In this document: piece after piece, positions 29,901 through 44,251 of the stretch
How positions within the stretch are numbered: the stretch's first letter is position 1
Layout of the letters: each line of letters begins with the position of its first letter
Origin: Eledone cirrhosa
Lineage: Eukaryota
DNA length: 64,000 bases
Assembly (NCBI GenBank): GCA_964016885.1
Contig: OZ024742.1
Span: 7,626,001 to 7,690,000, forward strand
Direction: 5' to 3'
The notes under the pieces: model-generated
The model's input: the letters and a program-made list of their open reading frames with translations, nothing else
The model's database searches: none
What the model was told of the DNA's origin: nothing
Made by a program: the position numbers and the translations under genes

Positions 29901-32900
29901 CATACATGTGCAATATATAGCACATGGTTGTAAACCTCATACATGTGCAATATATAGCACTTGGTTGTAAACCTCATACATGTGCAACATATAGCTCTTG
30001 GTTGTAAACCTCATACATGTGCAATATATAGCACTTGGTTGTAAACCTCATACATGTGCAACATATAGCACTTGGTTGTAAACCTCATACATGTGCAATA
30101 TATAGCACTTGGTTGTAAACCTCATACATGTGCAATATATAGCACTTGGTTGTAAACCTCATACATGTGCAACATATAGCACTTGGTTGTAAACCTCATA
30201 CATGTGCAATATATAGCACTTGGTTGTAAACCTCATACATGTGCAATATATAGCACTTGGTTGTAAACCTCATACATGTGCAACATATAGCTCTTGGTTG
30301 TAAACCTCATACATGTGCGACATATATCACTTGGTTGTAAACCTCATACATGTGCAATATATAGCACTTGGTTATAAACCTCATACATGTGCAACATATA
30401 GCACTTGGTTGTAAACCTCATACATGTGCAACATATAGCTCTTGGTTGTAAACCTCATACATGTGCAACATATATCTCTTGGTTGTAAACCTCATACATG
30501 TGCAATATATAGCACTTGGTTGTAAACCTCATACATGTGCAATATATAGCTCTTGGTTGTAAACCTCATACATGTGCAACATATAGCTCTTGGTTGTAAA
30601 CCTCATACATGTGCAATATATAGCACTTGTTTGTAAACCTCATACATGTGCAATATATAGCTCTTGGTTGTAAACCTCATACATGTGCAATATATAGCAC
30701 TTGGTTGTAAACCTCATACATGTGCAATATATAGCTCTTGGTTGTAAACCTCATACATGTGCAATATATAGCACTTGGTTGTAAACCTCATACATGTGCA
30801 ATATATAGCACATGGCTGTAAACCTCATACATGTGCAATATATAGCACTTGGTTGTAAACCTGATACATGTGCAATATATAGCTCTTGGTTGTAAACCTC
30901 ATACATGTGCAATATATAGCACTTGGTTGTAAACCTCATACATGTGCAATATATAGCTCTTGGTTGTAAACCTCATACATGTACAATGTATAGCACATGG
31001 TTGTAAACCTCATACATGTGCAATATATAGCTCTTGGTTGTAAACCTCATACATGTGCAATATATAGCTCTTGGTTGTAAACCTCATACATGTGCAATAT
31101 ATAGCACTTGGTTGTAAACCTCATACATGTGCAATATATAGCACTTGGTTGTAAAGTTCATACATGTGAAATATATAGCACTTGGTTGTAAACCTCATAC
31201 ATGTGCAACATATAGCACTTGGTTGTAAACCTCATACATGTGCAACATATAGCACTTGGTTGTAAACCTCATACATGTGCAATATATAGCACTTGGTTGT
31301 AAACCTCATACATGTGCAATATATAGCACTTGGTTGTAAACGTCATACATGTGCAACATATAGCACTTGGTTGTAAACCTCATACATGTGCAACATATAG
31401 CACTTGGTTGTAAACCTCATACATGTGCAACATATAGCTCTTGGTTGAAAACCTCATACATGTGCGACATATAGCATTTGGTTGTAAACCTCATACATGT
31501 GCAATATATAGCACTTGGTTGTAAAGTTCATACATGTGAAATATATAGCACTTGGTTGTAAACCTCATACATGTGCAACATATAGGACTTGGTTGTAAAC
31601 CTCATACATGTGCAACATATAGCACTTGGTTGTAAACCTCATACATGTGCAATATATAGCACTTGGTTGTAAATCTGATACATGTGCAATATATAGCACT
31701 TGGTTGTAAACGTCATACATGTGCAACATATAGCACTTGGTTGTAAACCTCATACATGTGCAACATATAGCTCTTGGTTGTAAACCTCATACATGTGCAA
31801 TATATATCACTTGGTTGTAAACCTCATACATGTGCAATATATAGCACTTGGTTATAAACCTCATACATGTGCAACATATAGCACTTGGTTGTAAACCTCA
31901 TACATGTGCAACATATAGCTCTTGGTTGTAAACCTCATACATGTGCAACATATAGCTCTTGGTTGTAAACCTTATACATGTGCAATATATAGCACTTGGT
32001 TGTAAACCTCATACATGTGCAATATATAGCTCTTGGTTGTAAACCTCATACATGTGCAACATATAGCTCTTGGTTGTAAACCTCATACATGTGCAATATA
32101 TAGCACTTGGTTGTAAACCTCATACATGTGCCATATATAGCTCTTGGTTGTAAACCTCATACATGTGCAATATATAGCACTTGGTTGTAAACCTCATACA
32201 TGTGCAATATATAGCACTTGGTTGTAAACTTCATACATGTGCAACATATAGCTCTTGGTTGTAAACCTCATACATGTGCAATATATAGCACTTGGTTGTA
32301 AACATCATACATGTGCAACATATAGCTCTTGGTTGTAAACCTCATACATGTGCAACATATAGCACTTGGTTGTAAACCTCATACATGTGCAACATATAGC
32401 TCTTGGTTGTAAACCTCATACATGTGCAACTTATAGCACTTGGTTGTAAACCTCATACATGTGCAACATATAGCACTTGGTTGTAAACCTCATACATGTG
32501 CAACATATAGCTCTTGGTTGTAAACCTCATACATGTGCAACATATAGCACTAGGTTGTAAACCTCATACATGTGCAACATATAGCACTTGGTTGTAAACC
32601 TCATATATGTGCAACATATAGCACTTGGTTGTAAACCTCATACATGTGCAACATATAGCTCTTGGTTGTAAATCTCATACATGTGCAACATATAGCACTT
32701 GGTTGTAAACCTCATACATGTGCAACATATAGCACTTGGTTGTAAACCTCATACATGTGCAATATATAGCTCTTGGTTGTAAACCTCATACAGGTGCAAC
32801 ATATAGCACTTGGTTGTAAACCTCATACATGTGCAACATATAGCACTTGGTTGTAAACCTCATACATGTGCAACATATAGCTCTTGGTTGTAAACCTCAT

Positions 32901-35900
32901 ACATGTGCTACATATAGCACTTGGTTGTAACCCTCATACATGTGCAACATATAGCACTTGGTTGTCAACCTCATACATGTGCAATATATAGCACTTGGTT
33001 GTAAACCTCATACATGTGCAATATATAGCACTTGGTTGTAAACGTCATACATGTGCAATATATAGCTCTTGGTTGTAAACCTCATACATGTGCAATATAT
33101 AGCACTTGGTTGTTAACGTCATACATGTGCAATATATAGCTCTTGGTTGTAAACCTCATACATGTACAACATATAGCACTTGGTTGTAAACCTCATACAT
33201 GTGCAATATATAGCACTTGGTTGTAAACCTCATACATGTGCAACATATAGCACTTGGTTGTAAACCTCATACATTTGCAACATATGGCACTTGGTTGTAA
33301 ACCTCATACATGTGCAATATATAGCACTTGGTTGTAAACCTCATACATGTGCAACATATAGCACTTGGTTGTAAACCTCATACATGTGCAATATATAGCA
33401 CTTGGTTGTGAACCTCATATATGTGCAACATATAGCACTTGGTTGTAAACCTCATACATGTGCAACATATAGCACTTGGTTGTAAACCTCATACATGTGC
33501 AACATATAGCACTTGGTTGTAAACCTCATACATGTGCAACATATAGCACTTGGTTGTAAACCTCATACATGTGCAATATATAGCACTTGGTGGTAAACCT
33601 CATACATATGCAATATATAGCACTTGGTTGTAAACCTCATACATGTGCCATATATAGCACTTGGTTGTAAACCTCATACATGTGCAATATATAGCACTTG
33701 GTTGTAAACCTCATACATGTGCAATATATAGCACTTGGTTGTAAACCTCATACATGTGCAACATATAGCACTTGGTTGTAAACCTCATACATGTGCAACA
33801 TATAGCTCTTGGTTGTAAACCTCATACATGTGCAACATATAGCTCTTGGTTGTAAACCTCATACATGTGCAATATATAGCACTTGGTTGTAAACCTCATA
33901 CATGTGCAACATATAGCACTTGGTTGTAAACCTCATACATGTGCAACATATAGCTCTTGGTTGTAAACATCATACATGTGCGACATATAGCACTTGGTTG
34001 TAAACCTCATACATGTGCAATATATAGCACTTGGTTGTAAAGTTCATACATGTGAAATATATAGCACTTGGTTGTAAACCTCATACATGTGCAACATATA
34101 GCACTTGGTTGTAAACCTCATACATGTGCAACATATAGCACTTGGTTGTAAACCTCATACATGTGCAGTATATAGCACTTGGTTGTAAACCTCATACATG
34201 TGCAATATATAGCACTTGGTTGTAAACGTCATACATGTGCAACATATAGCACTTGGTTGTAAACCTCATACATGTGCAATATATAGCACTTGGTTGTAAA
34301 CCTCATACATGTGCAATATATAGCTCTTGGTTGTAAACCTCATACATGTGCAATATATAGCACTTGGTTGTAAACCTCATACATGTGCAATATATAGCTC
34401 TTGGTTGTAAACCTCATACATGTACAATGTATAGTACTTGGTTGTAAACCTCATACATGTGCAATATATAGCACTTGGTTGTAAACCTCATACATGTGCA
34501 ATATATAGCACTTGGTTGTAAACCTCATACATATGCAACATATAGCACTTGGTTGTAAACCTCATACATGTGCAACATATAGCACTTGGTTGTAAACCTC
34601 ATACATGTGCAACATATAGCACTTGGTTGTAAACCTCATACATGTGCAACATATAGCACTTGGTTGTAAGCCTCATACATGTGCAATATATAGCACTTGG
34701 TTGTAAACCTCATACATGTGCAATATATAGCACTTGGTTGTAAACCTCATACATATGCAACATATAGCACTTGGTTGTAAACCTCATACATGTGCAACAT
34801 ATAGCACTTGGTTGTAAACCTCATACATGTGCAACATATAGCACTTGGTTGTAAACCTCATACATGTGCAATATATAGCACTTGGTTGTAAACCTCATAC
34901 ATGTGCAACATATAGCACTTGGTTGTAAATCTCATACATGTGCAACATATAGCACTTGGTTGTAAGCCTCATACATGTGCAATATATAGCACATGGTTGT
35001 AAACCTCATACATGTGCAATATATAGCACTTGGTTGTAAACCTCATACATGTGCAACATATAGCTCTTGGTTGTAAACCTCATACATGTGCAATATATAG
35101 CACTTGGTTGTAAACCTAATACATGTGCAACATATAGCACTTGGTTGTAAACCTCATACATGTGCAATATATAGCACTTGGTTGTAAACCTCATACATGT
35201 GCAATATATAGCACTTGGTTGTAAACCTCATACATGTGCAACATATAGCACTTGGTTGTAAACCTCATACATGTGCAATATATAGCACTTGGTTGTAAAC
35301 CTCATACATGTGCAATATATAGCACTTGGTTGTAAACCTCATACATGTGCAACATATAGCTCTTGGTTGTAAACCTCATACATGTGCGACATATATCACT
35401 TGGTTGTAAACCTCATACATGTGCAATATATAGCACTTGGTTATAAACCTCATACATGTGCAACATATAGCACTTGGTTGTAAACCTCATACATGTGCAA
35501 CATATAGCTCTTGGTTGTAAACCTCATACATGTGCAACATATATCTCTTGGTTGTAAACCTCATACATGTGCAATATATAGCACTTGGTTGTAAACCTCA
35601 TACATGTGCAATATATAGCTCTTGGTTGTAAACCTCATACATGTGCAACATATAGCTCTTGGTTGTAAACCTCATACATGTGCAATATATAGCACTTGTT
35701 TGTAAACCTCATACATGTGCAATATATAGCTCTTGGTTGTAAACCTCATACATGTGCAATATATAGCACTTGGTTGTAAACCTCATACATGTGCAATATA
35801 TAGCTCTTGGTTGTAAACCTCATACATGTGCAATATATAGCACTTGGTTGTAAACCTCATACATGTGCAATATATAGCACATGGCTGTAAACCTCATACA

Positions 35901-37258
35901 TGTGCAATATATAGCACTTGGTTGTAAACCTGATACATGTGCAATATATAGCTCTTGGTTGTAAACCTCATACATGTGCAATATATAGCACTTGGTTGTA
36001 AACCTCATACATGTGCAATATATAGCTCTTGGTTGTAAACCTCATACATGTACAATGTATAGCACATGGTTGTAAACCTCATACATGTGCAATATATAGC
36101 TCTTGGTTGTAAACCTCATACATGTGCAATATATAGCTCTTGGTTGTAAACCTCATACATGTGCAATATATAGCACTTGGTTGTAAACCTCATACATGTG
36201 CAATATATAGCACTTGGTTGTAAACCTCATACATGTGCAATATATAGCTCTTGGTTGTAAACCTCATACATGTGCAATATATAGCACTTGGTTGTAAACC
36301 TCATACATGTGCAATATATATCTCTTGGTTGTAAACCTCATACATGTACAATGTATAGCACATGGTTGTAAACCTCATACATGTGCAATATATAGCTCTT
36401 GGTTGTAAACCTCATACATGTGCAATATATAGCACTTGGTTGTAAACCTCATACATGTGCAATATATAGCTCTTGGTTGTAAACCTCATACATGTACAAT
36501 GTATAGCACATGGTTGTAAACCTCATACATGTGCAATATATAGCTCTTGGTTGTAAACCTCATACATGTGCAACATATAGCACTTGGTTGTAAGCCTCAT
36601 ACATGTGCAATATATAGCACATGGTTGTAAACCTCATACATGTGCAATATATAGCACTTGGTTGTAAACCTCATACATGTGCAACATATAGCACTTGGTT
36701 GTAAGCCTCATACATGTGCAATATATAGCACTTGGTTGTAAACCTCATACATGTGCAATATATAGCACTTGGTTGTAAACCTCATACATGTGCAACATAT
36801 AGCACTTGGTTGTAAACCTCATACATGTGCAACATATAGCACTTGGTTGTAAGCCTCATACATGTGCAATATATAGCACATGGTTGTAAACCTCATACAT
36901 GTGCAATATATAGCACTTGGTTGTAAGCCTCATACATGTGCAACATATAACTCTGGGTTGTAAACCTCATACATGTTCAATATATAGCACTTGGTTGTAA
37001 ACCTCATACATGTGCAACATATAGCACTTGGTTGTAAACCTCATACATGTGCAACATACAGCACTTGGTTGTAAACCTCATACATGTGCAATATATAGCA
37101 CTTGGTTGTAAACCTCATACATGTGCAACATATAGCACTTGGTTGTAAACCTCATACATGTGCAACATATAGCACTTGGTTGTAAACCTCATACATGTGC
37201 AATATATAGCACTTGGTTGTAAACCTCATACATGTGCAACTTATAGCTCTTGGTTGTA
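14919..37258. repeat. 37-bp tandem satellite, about 604 copies, consensus CATGTGCAA(C/T)ATATAGC(A/T)CTTGGTTGTAAACCTCATA
   Basis: Uninterrupted head-to-tail array of 22.3 kb; the ORFs predicted inside it are repeat translations. Confidence 0.99.
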
Positions 37259-37434
37259 GAATATGTCTATAACGTCATAGATGTGCAATATACAGTTAGA
37301 GGCATGCTATAGTAATTACTGTGAGCAACAAATAGAGTTTAATCAAAAGAAATTGCAACAATAATGAGAAGTTATTACTCTGAAATAGAACGAGAGAACT
37401 GACCTGTTTACGTTTAAGTAGGATTCAAATAACA

Positions 37435-37497
<63 letters not shown>

Positions 37498-37505
<8 letters not shown>

Positions 37506-37857
37506 GAAATCGAAAATGCCACTGGAGTCTTATTTTTTTTAAAATATATATATTTATTTGGATCCTTTAACGGTTTCGCAGTTCTTCTGCTTTTCAAAAG
37601 TAGAGTTGAGATGGAGGGTCTGTGGTCTTTCTCACATCTGAGTGATGTGAGAAAAACCACAGACCCTCCATCTCAACTCTACTTTTGAAAAGCAGAAGAA
37701 CTGCGAAACCGTTAAAGGATCCAAATAAATATATATATTTTTTAAAAAATAAGACTCCCGTTGCATTTTCGATTTCATCTTTTTTTCTTTATACTTTCAC
37801 TCGTGTAGGACACCTCGGTTATTTTACATTTTGTAAAAAAAACCTCACTTTCTAATA

Positions 37858-37858
<1 letters not shown>
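37498..37858 (+). mobile_element. Family C fold-back insert, axis near 37641, with HHR at 37682-37717, flanked by (TA)n
   Basis: Near-identical to the reverse complement of 10266-10616. Confidence 0.8.
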
Positions 37859-37892
<34 letters not shown>

Positions 37893-37897
<5 letters not shown>

Positions 37898-37996
37898 TAG
37901 TTATAGGAATAACCAAAGAGTGCTTAAAAATACCACACTGTCATACCAAGCAGAATGTATTTCTAAGCACTCTTTGGTTATTCCTATAACTATAAC
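37893..37996. repeat. Inverted repeat (arms about 38 bp) at the start of a (TA)n-flanked insert running to about 38100
   Basis: gttatagttataggaataaccaaagagtgctta ... taagcactctttggttattcctataactataac; accacactgtcataccaag is also directly repeated. Confidence 0.8.
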
Positions 37997-38306
37997 GGCT
38001 CTGTAGTATACTAGTCATCCTACGTTGAGCTAAAACCACACTGTCATACCAAGGGAAATATATCTACATGTCTGGGCATATTGATATATTTGTCAACGAA
38101 ATATATATATATATATATAGATAATTTAATATATCAACTAACATAAGCGCACAGATGCACGCCTATGCCAGAAAATACACAGGTTATGTCATAGTACCTA
38201 GGTGGTTCAATGCAGGAGGATGCAGAACAATAATATATAAGACGTAAAATAAAAAAATCTTTTTAAAAAAAATTTTTTTTTTAATTTTTTACTTACTTAA
38301 ATTTTC

Positions 38307-38388
38307 ACTCCAACTAGTTAGTTTCTGCAATGGGATAAAGACAGTTACGTAATCTAACTGTCGAGAATTCATTGCGTCATCAGGGAGT
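38307..38388 (-). ncRNA. Type I hammerhead ribozyme (element A, copy 1)
   Basis: actcc CUGAUGA c-gcaatg...cattgc-a GAAA ctaactag UU ggagt. Confidence 0.8.
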
Positions 38389-38869
38389 CTATTCTCAGCT
38401 AAGTCTCCAGGCAATGCGCGGACACTGGCGGCTCATATAAAAATAATAATAATTCGGTAGATGGAACAGCTAGCGAGGACTGAATTCCATGCACTGAAAT
38501 CCTCACTGCTTCTAGTCAAATGGCCGATTCTAAAGAATCAATCACGTGACACAGAGGCTAGTCAGAAGGAATGGGATGGTAAGATGACTGACGCCTACTA
38601 ACACCCCCAAAAAAAATTTTTTTAGAAGTGGTTTTGGCAGGTTTGCTCGACAAATCAGTGATTTGGAGATAAATATAGATAATTTAATATATCAACTAAC
38701 ATAAGCGCACAGATGCACGCCTATGCCAGCAAATACACAGGTTATGTCATAGTACCTAGGTGGTTCAATGCAGGAGGATGCAGAACAATAATATAAAAGA
38801 CGTAAAATAAGAAAATCTTTTTTAAAAAAATTTTTTTTTAAATTTTTTTACTTACTTACTTAAATTTTC

Positions 38870-38951
38870 ACTCCAACTAATTAGTTTCTGCAATGGGATA
38901 AAGACAGTTACGTAATCTAACTGTCGATAATTCATTGCGTCATCAGGGAGT
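38870..38951 (-). ncRNA. Type I hammerhead ribozyme (element A, copy 2)
   Basis: actcc CUGAUGA c-gcaatg..[gacagtta-gattacg-taactgtc]..cattgc-a GAAA ctaattag UU ggagt. Confidence 0.85.
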
Positions 38952-39060
38952 CTATTCTCAGCTAAGTCTCCAGGCAATGCGCGGACACTGGCGGCTCATA
39001 TTATTTTTTTATATGAGCCGCCAGTGTCCGCGCATTGCCTGGAGACTTAGCTGAGAATAG

Positions 39061-39142
39061 ACTCCCTGATGACGCAATGAATTCTCGACAGTTAGATTAC
39101 GTAACTGTCTTTATCCCATTGCAGAAACTAATTAGTTGGAGT
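39061..39142 (+). ncRNA. Type I hammerhead ribozyme (inverted arm of element A)
   Basis: Same fold on the plus strand; CTGATGA at 39066 and GAAA at 39124. Confidence 0.85.
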
Positions 39143-39210
39143 GAAAATTTAAGTAAGTAAGTAAAAAATTTTAAAAAAAGTTTTTTTAAAAAAGATTTTC
39201 TTATTTTACG

Positions 39211-39287
<77 letters not shown>

Positions 39288-39411
39288 TATATATGTGTGT
39301 GTGTGTATGTGCCTGTGTTTGTATGTAAAAGATAAACAGAAATAACAACACAATCGGTACAGTATATGGAAGGGATATATTAGGTTAACGCTTGATATAG
39401 CAGGAAGAGGG

Positions 39412-39447
39412 TCTTAACGTTTCGGGCGCTAGTCCTTCATCAGAAGA
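39412..39447 (-). ncRNA. Minimal Penelope-type hammerhead, in a probable pLTR remnant (about 39320-39850)
   Basis: tctt CUGAUGA aggactagcgccc GAAA cg UU aaga; stem III (AACGUU) is palindromic. Confidence 0.75.
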
Positions 39448-40704
39448 AAGAATGAGAAATAAGATATATTGAGGGGACGGGCTGGAATTGGAAAAAATGT
39501 TTTTAGATAAAAATAACAGGTCCATTCATGTTGACATCTGTTGCAAAACTGTTAGTGTTGGAGTTTTGTGTATGATATATTTTTTAGAAAGGTCGATGAT
39601 AGAGCGCGTCGACCTGAAATGGAAAAGAACCGTTTTGTAAAAAGCGCTATACTTGTGCACGTGCGTAAGCATGTGTGTGAGTGTGTGTATGTTATATTAT
39701 ACGTCCGTACGAAGCTAACAAGAAATGTGTGTGTATATGTGAGTAAAAGGGTGTATGTGCGTGTAAGTACGAAGCTATGAGCAAAAGTATGTTAATATAA
39801 GGGTTTGTATGTGCGTATACAGAGCTGTAGTGTTGAATACTGTTCCTTTAATGTGCATGAATATCTAAATAACCATTATAAAAGCTAATATGTCATTAAT
39901 CTATTTACATGAGACCGAGCCATTTTTTGCCTTACACCTATAAGCTAAGTTATTTTATGAGAACAGTGAGTTGCAGTGATACTTTGTGAAGGAAAACCTT
40001 TATAGAAACTGTCTTTCACTTACCTCCCTTTATTATTTTAGGTTTAGTACCCACTATAACTTATATATCTGCCTAAAAGCTATAAATATTCTTCTGAATT
40101 TTAAGTTTTATCCTTTCTTTTTATTTGGTGCAATGTAAATTATGCCCTCATATGATGTGATCATGACAAACGCATCGTATGAAATGACTCAACATCGTTC
40201 AGATGACTTAAAATCGTTAGAAATGAAAGAACAGTTTGTGAGAACTGAAGTGGTTGTTTCACTACAAAACAACCTTGATTCAATAAGATTTTATTGTCAC
40301 TGTATGCAAATACATCGATGGGGGAAATTACAGAGCTGCTACCATAAGATCAATTAATATATATCAAATGACAATAGCAGCATACAATACAATAGTAAAT
40401 ATAGTAATAAAGGTTTCTACATTGGCACTCGGCCAAACATTTCCAAGACTACTATTTGAATTTATTGATCTATCTACATACTTGGTACATGTTTTAAGTA
40501 AAGATGAGAGTGGGAGAGTTCAAACAGAGTGACTCTACTGAGATTTTAACTATGAAAGTAAAGTAAACAGACAAACTACTGTCAATGTAGCTTTCGAAAT
40601 GATATGTCATAGTCTTCTACTCACAAAATAAATTTCGTAGAAATATGTAAACTTAAACAAATGAATCTATCAAAGCATTTATCAACTTTTTAAACCTAAC
40701 ATAG

Positions 40705-40855
<151 letters not shown>

Positions 40856-41045
40856 GTGTGTGTATTAATAAAAAATCGGAGGCCATATTCAATTGATTCA
40901 GGTTTATTTAAAACTTCGTTATACATATTTCACTAAGGACTATCAGTTATGATAGCATATATATACATATATGTGTGTGTGTATATACTACCCTCGGTAT
41001 CGAATACTCTTGTGCGTTATGGTCCACATCCTCTTTGTTATATAT

Positions 41046-41115
<70 letters not shown>

Positions 41116-41271
41116 AATATACACGGGTGTGTATGATTGTGTATAGAAGATTATATTAATAAAAGGAATTCCAACTTTGTCTGATTTACTCATTTTATTT
41201 ACAATCCTTTCAAATTTATAATGGTATTAGAATGAAATAGTATGGTAGAATATTAAATGTTAAATATTAAT

Positions 41272-41310
41272 TGAACAAGTACTTTTATGCTTTCGCAATC
41301 TTCAGGTTCA
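41272..41310 (-). ncRNA. Candidate minimal hammerhead with essentially no stem II
   Basis: tgaac CUGAAGA ttgc GAAA gcataaaagtac UU gttca; perfect 5-bp stem I. Confidence 0.55.
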
Positions 41311-42265
41311 TATTGTGTGGTGACAGTCAAGTTTGCAATTTTCAACTGTAATGAGATGGGTAAATTTTGTGCCTGATACACAGTGAAAAGTGGCTCCCAA
41401 ATGCTAAATCTTGCAAACTGTATTTCGACCAATCGGTGTGTAGTTTCACTGGATTACTAAAGCTGATTGGTTTAGGTGTCACGGTTGGTTGAGTATGTCT
41501 AACGACTACTAATTGGCCCTATCCAAAGCATCAATTGTTTTACTATTTTTAGAAATGATGAAAATAGCATTTTCTAGTAATCATCACCATCAACATCACT
41601 TTTATTATTATTATTGTTGTTGTTGTTGTTAGTGGTCGTAGTCATAGTAATAGTAGGATTAATACCCCATTATTATTGTTCATTTAGCTTGGGTTTGAAT
41701 TTATCAATAAAATATTCATACTCCACCCTCTAAAACTACTGATATTGAAGAGAATGATATCAGGAGAAACAATCTACAAATTAAATGTGTGAGGGAAGAG
41801 GACTAAAGTCTTCTAAAGGTCTTCTGAAGGTCCAGTGGTTGTGTTAAATTTTAACCACTGCCATTTATACAATGTTGAGTATATGGTGTGTTATATGTCA
41901 AGATATATATATTATATTATCAATACTATGTTATTATTATGATGTTATTGTAAGTTTTCGTGTGTAAGTTATATTATGCGGGTCATAATGTAGAAAAGTT
42001 TGCCTATAACAGAGTCTGTGGTCTCTATAGGGACACCACTTCACACACGAGACCTGAACGGGAACGAAATAAAAATTAAATATCTCTTGAATTTCCTGAC
42101 TGCTATATAATCCTTTAAAATCAAATATATATATCGAAAGGTTATGTCATCCAGGCAGCAGGGAGGAGCTGTACATGACTGAAGTTCAGCAGGAAGGAAC
42201 TGAGAGTGATTAAGGGCAATCTCGTATAGAGTGTTCAGTTTCCTTTGTAATATCTATCAAACTCG

Positions 42266-42470
42266 ACGGCTGTAGATTGGCAGTATCGGTAGAGCGTCGG
42301 ACAACATGCTTTGTGACATAGAATTACTGCCCTTTAGGTTAGCTTTGCCTTTAATCCTTACGTGGAGTGGGGTCAGAAAATAAAGTACCAGCAACGCACT
42401 GGAGTCGATTTAATAGAATTTAACCCCCATCCCCAAATTGTTGCCCTTTTCGCTAAATGCGAAACCATTA
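42266..42470 (+). mobile_element. tRNA-derived SINE
   Basis: A-box tggcagtatcgg; shared gttagctttgcct and aaataaagtaccag. Confidence 0.7.
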
Positions 42471-42710
42471 TCTACTAACATCACCAAATATGGTTGTATA
42501 CAAGGAAACCCAAAGGACTGATTCTGAGAAGTAGAATTCTTCGTGAATCTGCAACATCTCTCCATTTAGAGATCAAATTCGACCAACAAAATGTTTGTCG
42601 TTCATCTAATGATATTTTTTTCTGGAAATATCGATTTCTGTCATTCTAATGTTCCTTTAGTAGATGTTGGCAAAGTTCCTAGTTAAAGGGCATATAAAAC
42701 ATATATACAC

Positions 42711-42804
<94 letters not shown>

Positions 42805-42838
42805 ACATATATACATATACAACATATATACACATAAA

Positions 42839-42875
<37 letters not shown>

Positions 42876-43033
42876 AAACGTATATACACAAAAATGCATA
42901 TATATATATAAAACACACACACACACACATATATATATATGTATTGTGTATATATGCTTTATATGTATATAAGTTGTATCCCAACAACTTTAAATAGAAC
43001 TTTTGCATATATATATAGTAATAATAATAAAAT

Positions 43034-43069
<36 letters not shown>

Positions 43070-43135
43070 CACATATATACATATAAAGCATATATACGCA
43101 ATACATATATACATATAAAATCTATATATATATAT

Positions 43136-43188
<53 letters not shown>

Positions 43189-43432
43189 CATATATACACA
43201 AAAATACATATATAGAATCATTAAGGTCACTCTTTGTTCACATCAATGGGACTCAAATCTAATTGTTCTTAGCTTTTATCCAGTTTTCCCCCCTTCCCCC
43301 ACTTCAAGTGTCTCTCTTTAGGCCTCTCTCTCTTTCTTTCTCGTCACACACATATATATACAAATGTATATATATATATGTATCTGTATGTTTGTGTGTG
43401 TGTGTGTATGAATGTGTGTGTATGTCTCTATG

Positions 43433-43537
<105 letters not shown>

Positions 43538-43708
43538 TGTATATGTATATATATATATACACACACACATATATGTGTATATATATATACAGAGAGAGAG
43601 ATAGCGGGAGAATAGATAGATACACATACATATATGTTTATGTATTTTTATATTTATATATATGTTTATAGGTTTTTATACACACGCGCGCGTGCGCGCG
43701 CACACCCC

Positions 43709-43739
<31 letters not shown>

Positions 43740-43918
43740 AATTAATAAAAATAATGAATAAAAACAAAGAAACAGTTCCTTATATTAAAAACTTCATCAT
43801 TTTACAATCGTTTCTAGGATATATATGTGTATGTTGGTATGTATATTATATAGATCTATGTAACATTTTTACAAACTATCAGACCGAATATACATATATG
43901 CTGTCTTCAGAAATAATA

Positions 43919-44249
<331 letters not shown>

Positions 44250-44251
<2 letters not shown>

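Larger units (their letters stand above)
38115..39216 (-). mobile_element. Retrozyme-like non-autonomous element A: about 1.6 tandem units of about 560 bp, each with an HHR, plus a 5' inverted arm (39011-39216)
   Basis: Direct repeat with period 558-563; three HHR copies; no ORF; (TA)n on both sides. Confidence 0.8.

Noticed and set aside
20317-36008. Repeated 62-aa ORFs (MRFTTKC...)
   Set aside because: Chance read-through of satellite monomers; useful only as HOR markers.
14919-37258. CRISPR array (37-bp repeats)
   Set aside because: Units are directly adjacent with no unique spacers, there are no cas genes, and the context is eukaryotic.
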